NCBI GenBank assembly: GCA_950097015.1 | Contig: CATNEN010000038.1 | Span: 28,148,001-28,212,000, forward strand | Source of the DNA: Macrostomum hystrix | Taxonomy: Eukaryota; Animalia; Platyhelminthes | Direction: 5' to 3' | Length of the DNA: 64,000 bases | In this document: piece after piece, positions 1 to 14,500 of the stretch | Layout of the letters: every line of letters starts with the position of its first letter | Position numbering within the stretch: the stretch's first letter is position 1 | Notes under the pieces: model-generated | The model's database searches: none | What the model was told of the DNA's origin: nothing | What the model saw: the letters and a program-made list of their open reading frames with translations, nothing else | Translations under genes and position numbers: made by a program

Positions 1-51
1 TGTATATTGGCAATTCTATAAAATATTTAAACAGCCTGTTCAAACATCTAT

Positions 52-543
52 AAATCTGTGCTAATCTGTGCAAGTGTGTGTAGGGGTGTGCAAATCTGTG
101 CAAAAGTGTGTAGAGGTGTTCAAATCTGTGCAAATGGTGTGCAAATCTCTGCAAAAGTGTGTAGAGGTGTGCAAATCTGTGCAAAAGTGTGCAAATCTGT
201 AAAAATGTGTGCAAAGGTGTGCAAAGGTGTGTAGAGGTGTGCAAATCTGTGCAAAGGTGTGTAGAGGTGTGCAAATCTGTGCAAAGGTGTGTAGAGGTGT
301 GCAAATCTCTGCAAAAGTGTGTAGAGGTGTGCAAATCTGTGCAAAAGTGTGCAAATCTGTAAAAATGTGTGCAAAGGTGTGCAAAGGTGTGTAGAGGTGT
401 GCAAATCTGTGCAAAGGTGTGTAGAGGTGTGCAAATCTGTGCAAAAGTGTGCACACGTGTGCAAATCTGTGCAAGGTGGCAGAGGTGTGCAAATCTGTAA
501 AAATGTGTGCAAATCTGTAAAAATGCGTGCACATCTGTGCAAA
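52..543. repeat. Minisatellite of 10-bp subunits (GCAAATCTGT/GCAAAGGTGT/GTAGAGGTGT)
   Basis: Visible tandem periodicity. Confidence 0.95.
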
Positions 544-826
544 GGACCCATTGTATTAACAATATATGACAGTATATTATGACCAACCAATGACTAACTA
601 CCCGAACTAAAAATGCTTTAACTTACACAAATTATAGGCTTTGTGCTACGTGGTATGTCCTAATACAGTATATTTGAATGTATAGTTCTAAGCCAGCAGC
701 ATATTGTATCGAATTGTTAATTTAGCGCGATTGCTCCGACTATAAATATAGCTACATGTTTGACGTCACGTTAGCAAAGCATGCTTTCCACATGATATAT
801 ATATACGCGCTGTATAATTTTCACAG

Positions 827-2552
827 AAGGCAATTTCGGCTCGATAACCTGGTGCAATTTGAAGCTGCACAGTTTCCAGGCGCGATGGCTGGATCCAGTT
901 ATTAAGCCGAGAACTGCTGAGCAAGGTGAGATGCCTACCTGATACTCAATTGAGTATTCAAGTTCAACATTCATAGTAGATTTGAAATGGATAGAATATA
1001 GAGGGTGGACTGTACAATGAGGTAGGTAATGGTTAGGGTGAACAGGTAGCATTGAATAGATTGTAGGTAAGGTAGACAGGTAGCATTGAGTAGATAGTAG
1101 GTAAGGTAGACAGGTAGCATTGAGTAGATAGTAGGTAAGGTAGACAGGTAGCATTAAGTAGATAGTAGGTAAGGTAGACAATAGGGTGGAGTAGATAGTA
1201 GCTAGGGTAGACGGGTTCGATTAAGTAGAATAGTTGGTAGGGTAGACAGTTTAGATAAGGTTGAAGATTGTAGGTAGGGTAGACAGTAGTATTGAAAGCA
1301 TTATAGGTAGGGTAGACAGTAGGATTGAAAGCATTATAGGTAGGGTAGACAGTAGGATTGAAAGCATTATAGGTAGGGTAGACAGTAGGATTGAAAGCAT
1401 TATAGGTAGGGTAGACAGTAGGATTGAAAGCATTATAGGTAGGGTAGACAGTAGGATTGAAAGCATTGTAGGTAGGGTAGATTGTAGGATTGAGTGCATT
1501 GTTGGTAGTGTCAGACTGGAGTTACTAGAGCTACCGTAAGAAGATAAAGGTAGAATATGAATTAACCTTGCATGATAAAAACTTCATCACTGTGATTCGC
1601 ACTCGCACAGAACTAACCGAAGTTCGCATTCGCAAAGTCAGCAAGCTCATTCGCGATTCCGGCCGACGAGTCTCCGTCACTTCGCCTCGGCGCCGATCTT
1701 CAACTGCGGCTTCTTCAGCGTCGGCAGCTGCGGCAGTCGCGGCCGCCGCGTCAGCCCTTGGCATTGACGACATCCTGCCTGAGCGATATCGCCTGATCCA
1801 GTGGACATCAACCAGGAAGATTACACCGCCAGCTGATCAGGCTCCCGCAGAGCAGCAGCAAGATCAGGACAACTCGTCAGTACTATTACAGGTTCCAGTT
1901 TCCATGGCAACTAAAACTCAACGCCAGCAGCAGCAGCAGTCGGAGCTGCAGCGGGCCAGTGGTGGCAGCCGTCGCGGCTCCGTCGTGTCGCTGCTCTTTG
2001 GTCGGATGCCGCCGTTCTTTCGACGGGCCGATTCGCTGGGCGAAGTCCGCGAAGGTGCACACAGACAACAACAGCAGCAGCAGCAGCAGCAGGTAAGAAT
2101 TGCCCATTCGGCCGACTCCTGAGCACTCATCCGATAAGTCACGACCTGATGGCCCTTATTACCGCAAACTACAGGATTCCTCGCCAGTGAAGAAGAAATA
2201 TTCAGATGGTGTGGATGCGCCAAGCGATAGCCAAGGTTCGAACCTCATCCTGGCGGCTAGCAAGAATCGCAGGCGTACAGTGGCCCCTGAAGTGCTAGCC
2301 AACCAGATTGAACAGTTTCGCCAGCGTCGGGACACCATCCGGTCAGATCCGGATGATTTGAGAGCGACGGCCGCAGCTGACGCGGCTTCTTCCGTGCTGT
2401 CCGTGGAGCCTTCGCCGCCTCTGGCAGCTCCGGACGTTCATTTTCACGCCGTTGACGGCGAGCTGCAAGAATTTTATCAGAGCACTTTGTCCAGCTCGAA
2501 TTTGCCTTTTAGTAGGTTCGATCCGCGATTGAGACTGCCTCATCGGAGGCTC

Positions 2553-2589
<37 letters not shown>

Positions 2590-5500
2590 GTCCTGAAATC
2601 CGGCGTGGCAGCTGCCTGTTGAGATGTGCTCCAGATTTCTTAGAAAGCACAGACGCAGCCGCGTATGTGCCAGTGTCCGACAATCCCAATCCCGACGGCG
2701 ACGAAGAGGAAGAATACGAAGATGTCGACTATGAGGACGATGATGGCGAAGGCGAGGAAGAGGACGACGACGGATTCAACGAGTTGATGGACTCGGAGGC
2801 CATCAGCAGCGGCAGGCGACCTCTCTATAGGGTGGCCTCAAGCCAGCCGTTTAACTTCGTGGCTGGTACAACGACCGAGGATTCAAATAGCGAACTGCAG
2901 CTGGACAGTGAAGACGTTAGCGAGGATGTCAGGTGCATCGAGCTTCATCAAGTTCTTTTTACTTTTTGTTCATAAATTTTGGGGCTACGATATGCCTAAC
3001 TGAAGTAAGGCCAGAACAAAAAGCAGGAAAGTGTTTTACTTCGTGCCAATTTTGGCTAAGAATCAAACCCCAGACCACGCGGTTATAAAGTCTGAAGCTG
3101 TAACCATTGACTTTAAAATCAAATTTTATGCAAATAATTTAGTATATTAGACTAGATAAAAAGCCCCCTGTTTCATAATCAAGCATTTGTATATTAGATG
3201 CTTTATACATTTGCTTTATGCAAATAAGATCTCATCAGGGGTTGCCCTTATGACATCGAACCCCTGAAGGCCAATCTGTATTGCTTCAGCTCACTTATCT
3301 GTTGAATGGGTACCAGAATTTGCTGGAGTAATTTAAGGTGGGTGTGGTGCCCGCCAGTCCATTGGCTTTACAGCCGAACACAGCCTTCAGATGCGCCGCG
3401 CAATACTCGTAGCTGCGGCTGTGCTGTCGACTGCACATCTGGCCCGATTGGGGCAGGTGTAATCAGTTTATCAGTTTTTATGACTTTTTTACCCTTAGTT
3501 AGGCCACTAAATGTATAAAAACTATAATAATATACTTTCACTTCTACTATAAGTAGCTAAACTAGCTTTAACTCAACATCCGCAGGCTTCCTCGCCGCAG
3601 GCAGCGCCGCGATCCTCGCTCTCGCCAGCTGCGCTCCAACACCTCCAGCAACATCGGCGCCTTCAAGCCGGCCGCCCGGCCCGAACAGCTTCGACTCATC
3701 GACTTGTCAGCTAATTGCATTCCAAATATCGACTCGTTGTCATTGATAGAAGCCGACATTGACCTTCAAGTGTCCCTAGCCTTTCTAAGTCGCCTATCGT
3801 TGGCTAATAACAAGCTGACTCACCTTCCACAGGGTGTTTTCCCGTTCCTAAGCAATCTGGCTCACGTGGAGCTCAATGGCAATCGTCTAACGGAATTCCC
3901 GTACGAACTCGTGACCTCCTGTCGTTTAGAATATCTGGACATTTCCGATAACGACATTGTGGAATTGCGCGAAGAGCGCCTACAATGGGTTGGCGCAGTT
4001 TTCACTCTGCGCGAATTGCTGGCCTCGCGCAACAAGCTGCACTCAGTGCCGATGCATTTCCTAGAAAACCTGTATGGTTTAGAGCGGCTTATGCTCAACG
4101 GCAATCGTATCGGTGAGCTGGAGGCCGCGCCGCTGCAGTTGAAACGGCTGCGCTGCCTCAGCCTCGCCAATAACTACATCCGGGCCGTGCCAGACGAGTT
4201 CCTGAGCTGCCTAGCCAATCTTGAGGAGTTTGATGCCTCCTGCAATGAGCTGGGTGAGTCTGGGAAAGATTCCTGTATAACAAGGGGGATTCCTGTCTAA
4301 CATACAGAAATCTTGTCTAACAGACGAGATTTCTGTCTAACAAAGGGGATTCCTGTCTAACAGGGGGGATTCCTGTCTAACTGAGAGGATTCCCGTCTAA
4401 CAGAAGGGAATCCTGTCCAACAGAGGGGAATACTGTCAACATAGGGATTCCTGTCTAACTGAGACGATTCCTGTCTAACAGAAGGGAATCCTGTCCAACA
4501 GAGGGGAATACTGTCAACATAGGGATTCCTGTCTAACTGAGACGATTCCTGTCTAACAGAAGGGAATCCTGTCCAACAGAGGGGAATACTGTCAACATAG
4601 GGATTCCTGTCTAACTGAGACGATTCCCGTCTAACAGAAGGGAATCCTGTCCAACAGAGGGGAATCCTGTCTGATAGAGGGGATTCCTGTCCAAAAGAGG
4701 GGATTCCTATCTAACAGAAGGGATTCCTGTCTAACAAAGGGGATTCCTGTCTAACAGGGGGATCCCTGTCTAACTGAGAGTATTCCCGTCTAACAGAAGG
4801 GATTCCTGTCAACATAGGGGTTCCTGTCTAACAAAGGGGATTCCTGTCTAACAGGGGATTCCTGCCTAACTGAGAGGATTCCCGTCTAACAGAAGGGATT
4901 CCTGTCTAACAGAGAGGATTTCAGATATTTTTCTGAAAGGCAATTTATATTTATAAATTAATATGCATCAGGTCTGTATATTTGAATAAGTCCTATTAAC
5001 CAACTTCAAATCTCAATGATTCAGAGGTTCTACCCTCGCCGGAGATTTCTCGCAAGCTCTACCATCTGAGCACAGTTAGACTGAGCAACAATCAGCTGGG
5101 CGCTAAGGATGCGCTGTCTGTGCCTGCATTTGTACTGGAGCTCAGCACGTTAGTACACTGATGAAATATCTAATTTTTTAGATTTAGTTCGTTCTTATAC
5201 TACTGAAAAATTGCAATTTAGTAGTATGATGCATAATACTTTTGCATAAAACATGAGCTTGTAACCTGAAAATATACTCGTACTTACTCGTAGTAGACAG
5301 GTATATCTGCTGAGAAGTAGACAGGTATATCTGCTGAGAAGTAGACAGGTATATGTGCTGAGAAGTAGACAGGTATATGTGCTGAGAAGTAGATAGGTAT
5401 ATGTGCTGAGAAGTAGATAGGTATGTGCTGAGAAGTAGATAGGTGTGTGTGCTGAGAAGTAGACAGGTATATCTGCTGAGAAGTAGACAGGTATATGTGC

Positions 5501-8500
5501 TGAGAAGTAGACAGGTATATGTGCTGAGAAGTAGATAGGTTTATGTGCTGAGGAGTGGACAGGTATATCTGCTTAGAAGTAGACAGGTATATCTGCTGAG
5601 AAGTAGACAGGTATATGTGCTGAGAAGTAGACAGGTATATGTGCTGAGAAGTAGACAGGTATATGTGCTGAGAAGTAGACAGGTAAATGTGCTGAGAAGT
5701 AGACAGGTATATCTGCTTAGAAGTAGACAGGTATATGTGCTGGGAAGTAGATAGGTATATGTGCTGAGAAGTAGACAGGTATATGTGCTGAGAAGTAGAT
5801 AGGTATGTGTGCTAAGAAGTAGACAGGTATATGTGCTGAGAAGTAGACAGGTAAATGTGCTGAGAAGTAGACAGGTATATGTGCTGAGAAGTAGATAGGT
5901 ATGTGTGCTAAGAAGTAGACAGGTATATGTGCTGAGAAGTAGACAGGTATATGTGCTGAGAAGTAGACAGTTATATGTGCTGAGAAGTAGATAGGTATAT
6001 GTGCTGAGAAGTAGACAGGTATATGTGCTGGGAAGTAGACAGTTATATGTGCTGAGAAGTAGATAGGTATATGTGCTGAGAAGTAGACAGGTATATGTGC
6101 TGAGAAGTAGACAGGTATATGTGCTGAGAAGTAGACAGGTATATGTGCTGAGAAGTAGACAGTTATATGTGCTGAGAAGTAGACAGGTAAATGTGCTGAG
6201 AAGTAGACAGGTATGTGTGCTGAGAAGTAGACAGGTAAATGTGCTGATGCTAAGAAGTAGATCTGCTGAGAGAAGTAGTCAGGTTGCTTCATAATCTGCT
6301 GCTAGATCTGCTGAGAGAAGTAGTCAGGTTGCTTCATAAGCATAAGCATTAAATAAAAAACCACCCACAGTCTAAAAAGCGTCGACCTCAGCTACAACAG
6401 CATCGACAAATTTCCTTCGCCAAGGAACTGGTCCTCGTCCGTGCTGCGCGAAATTGACTTGTCGCACAATAAGATTGACACAATCAATCTTAAAGGTGGC
6501 GACCGTTGGTCTAAGACTCTGGAGCGATTTAGCCTAGCCTACAATGATCTCAAATCGGTGAGTTTCTTGGAAGCTTGTCTCACCTGTAATTTTTTTACGA
6601 TAATTGCACTTATCAAATCCTTATCAAATCCAGTCAATCCTTATAAAATCCAGTCAATCCTTATAAAGTCCTGTCAATCCTTATCAAATCCAGTCAATCC
6701 TTATCAAATCCAGTCAATCCTTATCAACTTGTTATCAAATCCTGTTAATCCTTATCAAATCCAGTCAATCGTTATCAAATCCAGTCAATCCTTATCAAAT
6801 CCAGTCAATCCTTATCAAATCCTGTCAATCCTTATCAACTTGTTATCAAATCCTGTTAATCCTTATCAAATCGAGTCAATCGTTATGAAATCCAGTCAAT
6901 CCTTACGAGCGTATCAAATCCAGTCAATCCTTATCAAATCCAGTCAATCCTTATCAAATCCAGTCAATCCTTATGAAATCCAGTCAATCCTTATCAAATC
7001 CTGTCAATCCTTATCAAATCCAGTCAATCCTTATCAAATCCTGTCAATCCTTATCAAATCCTGTCAATTGTTATAAAATTCAAATTCGAATTTCAAAGTT
7101 TCAAACAAAATTTTCCCTAAATCTTTAGCTGCACAAAGACATCGGCCTGCTTGAGTCACTGGCCTCCCTAGACGTGAGTCACAATCCGAACCTCACCAGC
7201 TTGCCAGACGAAGTTGGCAACCTGTCCAAACTGTGGGAGATGCCGCTAGACGGCTTGAAACTATCCCTAGATCCGTCATTAATTCGCGGTCGAACCAAAG
7301 ACCTAGTTGGCTATTTTCATCAGAAACTGAACAAATCTGTCAGCCATTATCGCATGAAGCTGATGCTAGTCGGATTCGGCGGGCGAGGCAAGACCAGCCT
7401 GCTCAGGGCGCTGATGAAGCAGAAGCAGCCGGAGCGCGGCTCGCCGCCGACAGTGGGAATCGCCGTCACTCCTTGGGCGTGAGTACAAAAGATAGGGGAT
7501 GTAGTTGCGTGGGCGGGTGAAGAATGCGTGAGCTGGTAAAGAGTGCGTGGGCTGGTAAAGAGTTCGTGGGCGGGTTCAGAGTGCGTGGGCGGGTACAGAG
7601 TGCGGGGGCGGGTGTAGAGTGCGTGGGCGGGGAAGAGTGCGTGGGCGGGTACAGAGTGCGTGGGCGGGTACAGAGTGCGTGGGCGGGGAAGAGTGCGTGG
7701 GCGGGTACAGAGTGCGTGGGCGGGTGTAGATTGCGTAGGCGGGTGTAGAGTGCGTGGGCGGGTGTAGAGGGCGTGGGTGTAGAGCGTGGGCAGGAGTAGA
7801 ATGCGCGGGCTCTTATAAATAGTGGATAGAGCGTGGGCGGACGTATGAGTGCGTGGGTGGTAAGAAGGCAATTATTCTAGATCCATAAATTCTAAAGGTC
7901 TTCCCAAATAACACCAAATTCAGTTTATTCAACTGTCTACTCAAACCAACACGATTGCATCTTTTCAAATCCAATCCCTCAGATTCCGCTGCTATCATCG
8001 CAAGCAGAAGTGGGTCACCTACCGTCTAAGCTGTTGGGATTTTGCCGGTCAGGAAGAATTCTACGCCACTCACCAGTGCTTTCTGTCGCAACGGGCTCTG
8101 TACCTGCTCATCTACAGCCTTCAGGTAAGTAATACTGGGATCTACGATCTGGGATCTACGATCTGGGATCTACGATCTGGGATCTACGATCTGGGATCTA
8201 CGATCTGGGATCTACGATCTGGGATCTACGATCTGGGATCTACGATCTGGGATCTACGATCTGGGATCTACGATCTGGGATCTACGATCTGGGATCTACG
8301 ATCTGGGATCTACGATCTAGGATCTACGATCTGGGATCTACGATCTGGGATCTACGATCTGAGATCTACGATCTGGGATCTACGATCTGGGATCTACGAT
8401 CTGGGATCTACCTAATCAAAAAAATCCCTCAGGCCTGTTCAACAACTGAAGGCTGCGATGCTGAGCTTCGCCGCCTGAAGCCCTGGCTCGTGAACATCAA

Positions 8501-11500
8501 GGCGCAGGCGCCGTGCTGTCCTGTAATCTGCGTCGGCACTCACGTCGACACTCTGCCAGCATCCAAGGGAGCAGCCGCCGGATTGGCCGCGGCAAATTGC
8601 TCAGATCGCGACAGCATCGTGGCCAATATGCGGTCGAGAATCGAGGCGATGGTCAGACATCCAGGCTTTCCAGAGATTGCCGACTACGTCGAAGTCAATG
8701 CTACTAGGGACAATGCCAGCACTGAAAAGTTGAGAACCGCCATCCAATCGGCGTTGGAAGCGTTCAAGGTCAAAGGGCATCACGTGATGGGCCAGATGGT
8801 GCCCGAGAGCTACGTTAAACTGGAGCTGCTCGTGATGGAACGGGCTCGTAATCCGGGCCAGGTGAGTTCCTGGAGGAAGTGATATTAGAGAGTGAGACAG
8901 TGAGATTAGAGAGTAAGACAGTGAGATTAGACAGTGAGACAGCGAGATTAGACAGTGAGGCAGTGAGATTAGACAGTGAGACAGCGAGATTAGAGATTAA
9001 GTCAGTTAGATTAGGGAGTGAGACAGTGGGATTAGAGAGTGCGACAGTGGGATCAGAGAGTGAGACAGTGAGATTAGAGAGTGAGACAGTGAGATTAAAA
9101 AGTGAGACAGTGAGATTAAAGAGTGAGACAGTGAGATTAGAGAGTAAGACAGTGAGATTAGGGAGTGAGACAGTGAGATTAAAAAGTGAGACAGTGAGAT
9201 TAAAGAGTGAGACAGTGAGATTAGAGAGTAAGACAGTGAGATTAGGGAGTGAGACAGTGAGTTTTGAGATTGAGACAGTGAGATTAGAGATTGAGACAGT
9301 GAGATTAGAGATTGAGACAGTGAGATTAGACAGTGATTTTACCTACTTCCAGGACCTGCCCGTGCTGCAGTGGTACCAGCTACGCAAGATGGCCACCGAC
9401 GCCGGCCTCAATATGAACGACGAGAAGCTCAGCCAGGCGGTCAGGTTTCTGCACGAGAGCGGCGTCCTGCTGCACTTCGATGACTCTACCTACAGACTGA
9501 ACAACCTGTACTTTATCGATCCCCAGTGGCTTTGCCGCATGATGGCCCAGATTGTCACCGTCAAGGAGATCAACGGTTTCATTCGGTCTGGCGTTATGCG
9601 CCAGTCCGATCTAGGATTGTTGTTTACCGGTAAGCTATGAGCCTATGAGCAATGAGCAATGAGCTCTATGAGCAATGAGCTCTATGAGCAATGAGCTCTA
9701 TGAGCAATGAGCCCTATCAGCAATGTGCCCTATGAAAAATGAGCCTTATGAGCGATAAGCCCTATGAGCAATGATCCCTATGACCAATGATTCCTATGAC
9801 CAATGATCCCTATGACCAATGATCTCTATGACCAATGATCTCTATGACCAATGATCCCTATGACCAATGATCCCTATGACCAATGAACTCGATGGTCAAT
9901 AAGTGTGCAAAAATGAAATATTTTTCTATCATATGTTTACAATGAGCCGCTGACTGTTTCTCGTATTCCGCGACAGGCAAGCGAATCACTGAGGAGGAGC
10001 GACAGTTCATATTTCCCGTTAGCCAGATTCCCCAGTATCTGCGCATTCTGGAGAAATTCGAAATCATCCTACCGCAGAAGAATGACGAACTGCTCATACC
10101 TTGCCGACTGCCGGACTTTGGGCCGCGCGATCTCGCCGAGTTGAGCGCTGTGAAACGCCACAGCAGTGAGTCACTTGGCAGTGCTCAATGAAAAGAAAAG
10201 AAAAAGAGGCTTAGGGAAAGATAAGCAAAGCAGTCACGGAGATAGGGGAGAAACAGACAGTGAGAGAGAGTGGAGAAACAGACAGTGGGTGATAGGGGAG
10301 AAACAGACAGTGGGAGAGAGGAGAGAAACAGACAGTGGGAGAGAGGGGAGAAACAGACATTGGGAGAGAGGAGAGAAACAGACAGTGGGAGAGAGGAGAG
10401 AAACAGACAGTGGGAGAGAGGAGAGAAACAGACGCGGAGAGAGGGGAGAAACAGACAAGAAAATGTGGGATAAAAGAGACAGGCAGGGATTATTTTCAAA
10501 TCCCAACCGATCCCATCCACTGAAACTCCATGCGACAGACCTGGTCACCCGGCTGTACGAGATGCCGTTCATCCCAATCGGTTTCTGGTCTCGCCTAGTC
10601 GCTCGCCTCTACAACATCATCGACCAGATCTACCCGTCTCCCATCAGCCAGTCTGACGGGTCGGCTGGCAGCTCAGCCGCACCCTGCGCTCCAACCACTC
10701 TGGAGATGGGCAAGCGAGCTATGTTTGCCTATTGGCAGGCCACGACTGGGGGCGGAGCCGCCGCCGCCGCCGACGCAGGCGTAGCCTACGCCGAAGTATT
10801 CTTTCTGCTGCAGACCTACGAGGAGGAGACGCCGGAGAGTGGCGAAGGACTGCAGCTGCAGGTGAGGCTTTGTTGTCTATGGCCTTGACCGGCGAATTGA
10901 AGTTTCAGAGTGACGGAATGACTGATAGAGAGTGACAGCGTGGCTGATATTGAGTGCCCGTATGACTGAATTACCATGACTGATAGAGAGTGACCGAGTG
11001 GCTGATATAGAGTGACCGTATGACTGAATGACCATGACTGATAGAGAGTGACCGATTGGCTAATATAGAGTGACCGTATGACTGAATTACCATGACTGAT
11101 AGAGAGTGACCGAGTGGCTAATATAGAGTGACCGTATGACTGAATTACCATGACTGATAGAGAGTGACCGAGTGGCTAATATAGAGTGACCGTATGACTG
11201 AATTACCATGACTGATAGAGAGTGACCGAGTGGCTGATATAGAGTGACCGTATGACTGAATGACCATGACTGATAGAGAGTGACCGAGTGGCTAATATAG
11301 AGTGACCGTATGACTGAATTACCATGACTGATAGAGAGTGACCGAGTGGCTAATATAGAGTGACCGTATGACTGAATTACCATGACTGATAGAGAGTGAC
11401 CGAGTGGCTAATATAGAGTGACCGTATGACTGAATTACCATGACTGATAGAGAGTGACCGAGTGGCTAATATAGAGTGACCGTATGACTGAATGACCATG

Positions 11501-14500
11501 ACTGATAGAGAGTGACCGAGTGGCTGATATAGAGTCACCGTATGACTGAATGACCATGACTGATAGAGAGTGACCGAGTGGCTGACATAGAGTGACCGTA
11601 TGCTGAATGACCAATGAGTGAATGACTAATGACTCAATGACCAATTACTCAATGACCAATGACTCAATGGCCAATGACCAATTACTGATTGACCAATGAC
11701 TCAATGGCCAATGACTCAAAGAACCAATGACTGATATGAGTAAATGAGTGCCTACTAACTCCGGTTCCGCAGGTACCCCTGAGCCCCAACGGAGCCTACC
11801 TGCTAGCCCAGGTGGCGGACAACATAGACGTGGTGATCGAAGAGTGGTACCCGGGTCTGACGGATCGCACAGTGACTGGCGAGTGCATCCTGCAGAAGAG
11901 TATCCCCTGCCTGTCCTGCTGCGGCCAGCTCAATGTAATTAGCAACAATGCTCACTCAATAGCCGCTTCACCTGCTTAGCCATTTTTCCGATTGCAACAT
12001 TAATGAAACGATCAATTAAAGCTATCGGCTGATTTTATTTGATTTTTATTGCCGCCACCCATTTACTGATCTGCTTTAACGCGCTTCGCTTTGACACAAA
12101 ATGAGTTTGACATTGATTTGACACCGGTCACACACAGATGCCATGACCCATCGATCCCTTGACTTTAAAAATCCCATGACGCAAACATCCCATGACCCAT
12201 AGATCCCATGACCCAAAGACCCCATAATCCAAAGATCCAATGGCCCAATGATCCCATGACCCATAGATCCCATGACTATAAAGATCCCATGACTATAAAG
12301 ATCCCATGACTATAAAGATCCCATGACTATAAAGATCCCATGACTATAAAGATCCCATGACTATAAAGATCCCATGACTATAAAGATCCCATGACTATAA
12401 AGATCCCATGACTATAAAGATCCCATGACTATAAAGATCCCATGACTATAAAGATCCCATGACTATAAAGATCCCATGACTATAAAGATCCCATGACTAT
12501 AAAGATCCCATGACTATAAAGATCCCATGAGCCAAAGATCCCATGAGCCAAAGATCCCATGTCTATAAAGATCCATCACATTCAGATCCCATGACCCAAG
12601 GATCCCATGACTCAAAGATCCCTTGATTCAGTGATCCCGAGACACATTTATACCCAGATTAAAATATTTTCAAGCTTGTAAAAATCGTGCTTTGTTTTAA
12701 CTGATTTGCTTAGCAACAACTGCTTGCTAGTTGCCATGCCATTTCATCGCCATAATAATTTTATTAGGGATATTTGGTTGCCTATTCTGTTCACTATAAG
12801 CCTTCACATTTCTATTTATTATAAGATACTATTAGACAAACTTGCAACGATTGGTTCCGTTTTTTAGTTGATAAAATTGTTTTACAATAAATGCTAATTT
12901 AAGTTGCTTTGAAGCCTTGATTTTTAACGCTAATATCTGCTGATAAAGCTTTGCTTTGCTTGCATTTTTAAAGGTTTAAATTAACTTTCTGATTTATGCG
13001 GTCGCTTATCACTGTTCCTGCTTGACAACTTCCTGACAGATTGAATTGGGAGAGTAGAGATTGGATTGAAAGAGTAGAGATTGGATTGAAAGAGTAGAGA
13101 TTGGATTGAAAGAGTAGAGATTGGATTGGGAGAGTAGAGATTGGATTGGGAGAGTAGAGATTGGATTGGGAGAGTAGAGATTGGATTGGGAGAGTAGAGA
13201 TTGGATTGGGAGAGTAGAGATTGGATTAGGAGAGTAGAGATTGGATTGGGAGAGTAGAGATTAGATTGGGAGAGTAGAAATTTGAGTAAAATTTGGATTA
13301 AGAGAGCAGAGATTGGATTGGCAGAGTAGAGATTAGATTGAGAGAGTAGAGATTAGATTGAGAGAGTAGAGATTGAAATGAGAAAGTAGATTTTGGATTG
13401 GGAGAGTAGAGATTGGATTGGGAGAGTAGAGATTGGATTGGGAGAGTAGAGATTGGATTGGGAGAGTAGAGATTGGATTGGGAGAGTAGAGATTGGATTG
13501 GGAGAGTAGAGATTGGATTGGGAGAGTAGAGATTGGATTGGGAGAGTAGAGATTGGATTGGGAGAGTAGAGATTGGATTGGGAGAGTAGAGATTGGATTG
13601 GGAGAGTAGAGATTGGATTGGGAGAGTAGAGATTGGATTGGGAGAGTAGAGATTGGATTGGGAGAGTAGAGATTGGATTGGGAGAGTAGAGATTGGATTG
13701 GGAGAGTAGAGATTGGATTGGGAGAGTAGAGATTGGATTGGGAGAGTAGAGATTGGATTGGGAGAGTAGAGATTGGATTGGGAGAGTAGAGATTGGATTG
13801 GGAGAGTAGAGATTGGATTGGGAGAGTAGAGATTGGATTGGGAGAGTAGAGATTGGATTGGGAGAGTAGAGATTGGATTGGGAGAGTAGAGATTGGATTG
13901 GGAGAGTAGAGATTGGATTGGGAGAGTAGAGATTGGATTGGGAGAGTAGAGATTGGATTGGGAGAGTAGAGATTGGATTGGGAGAGTAGAGATTGGATCG
14001 GGAGAGTAGAGATTGGATTGGGAGAGTAGAGATTGGATTGGGAGAGTAGAGATTGGATTGGGAGAGTAGAGATTGGATTGGGAGAGTAGAGATTGGATTG
14101 GGAGAGTAGAGATTAGATTGGGAGAGTAGAGATTGGATTGGGAGAGTAGAGATTGGATTGGGAGAGATTAGATTGAGAGAGTATAGATTAGATTGGGAGA
14201 GTATAGATTGGATTGGGAGAGTAGAGATTGGATTGGGAGAGTAGAGATTGGATTGGGAGAGTAGAGATTGGATTGGGAGAGTAGAGATTGGATTGGGAGA
14301 GTAGAGATTGGATTGGGAGAGTAGAGATTGGATTGGGAGAGTAGAGATTGGATTGGGAGAGTAGAGATTGGATTGGGAGAGTAGAGATTGGATTGGGAGA
14401 GTAGAGATTGGATTGGGAGAGTAGAGATTGGATTGGGAGAGTAGAGATTGGATTGGGAGAGATTAGATTGAGAGAGTATAGATTAGATTGGGAGAGTATA

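Noticed and set aside
61-590. Repetitive ORFs in tandem arrays (also 771-1539, 5545-6294, 10185-11644, 18608-19195, 43483-44154, 53220-53627, 54188-54550, 57754-58353, 58558-58872)
   Set aside because: These are translations of minisatellites, open in several frames and strands, lying in introns or UTRs of the reconstructed genes.
1898-1911. Perfect RFX X-box GTTTCCATGGCAAC
   Set aside because: It lies within an internal coding exon far from any visible promoter; a single match can be chance.
3058-3111. tRNA-like A/B boxes on the minus strand
   Set aside because: No cloverleaf; at most a decayed SINE head. The 63630-63695 segment is likewise not a tRNA gene.
3239-3456. Possible extra LRRK exon (ICWSNLRW...HWLY resembles the 827-925 exon motif)
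   Set aside because: The 3239-3337 version has an in-frame TGA, the 3317-3456 version is out of phase with the next exon, and 2932 joins 3586 in phase without it. Needs RNA evidence.
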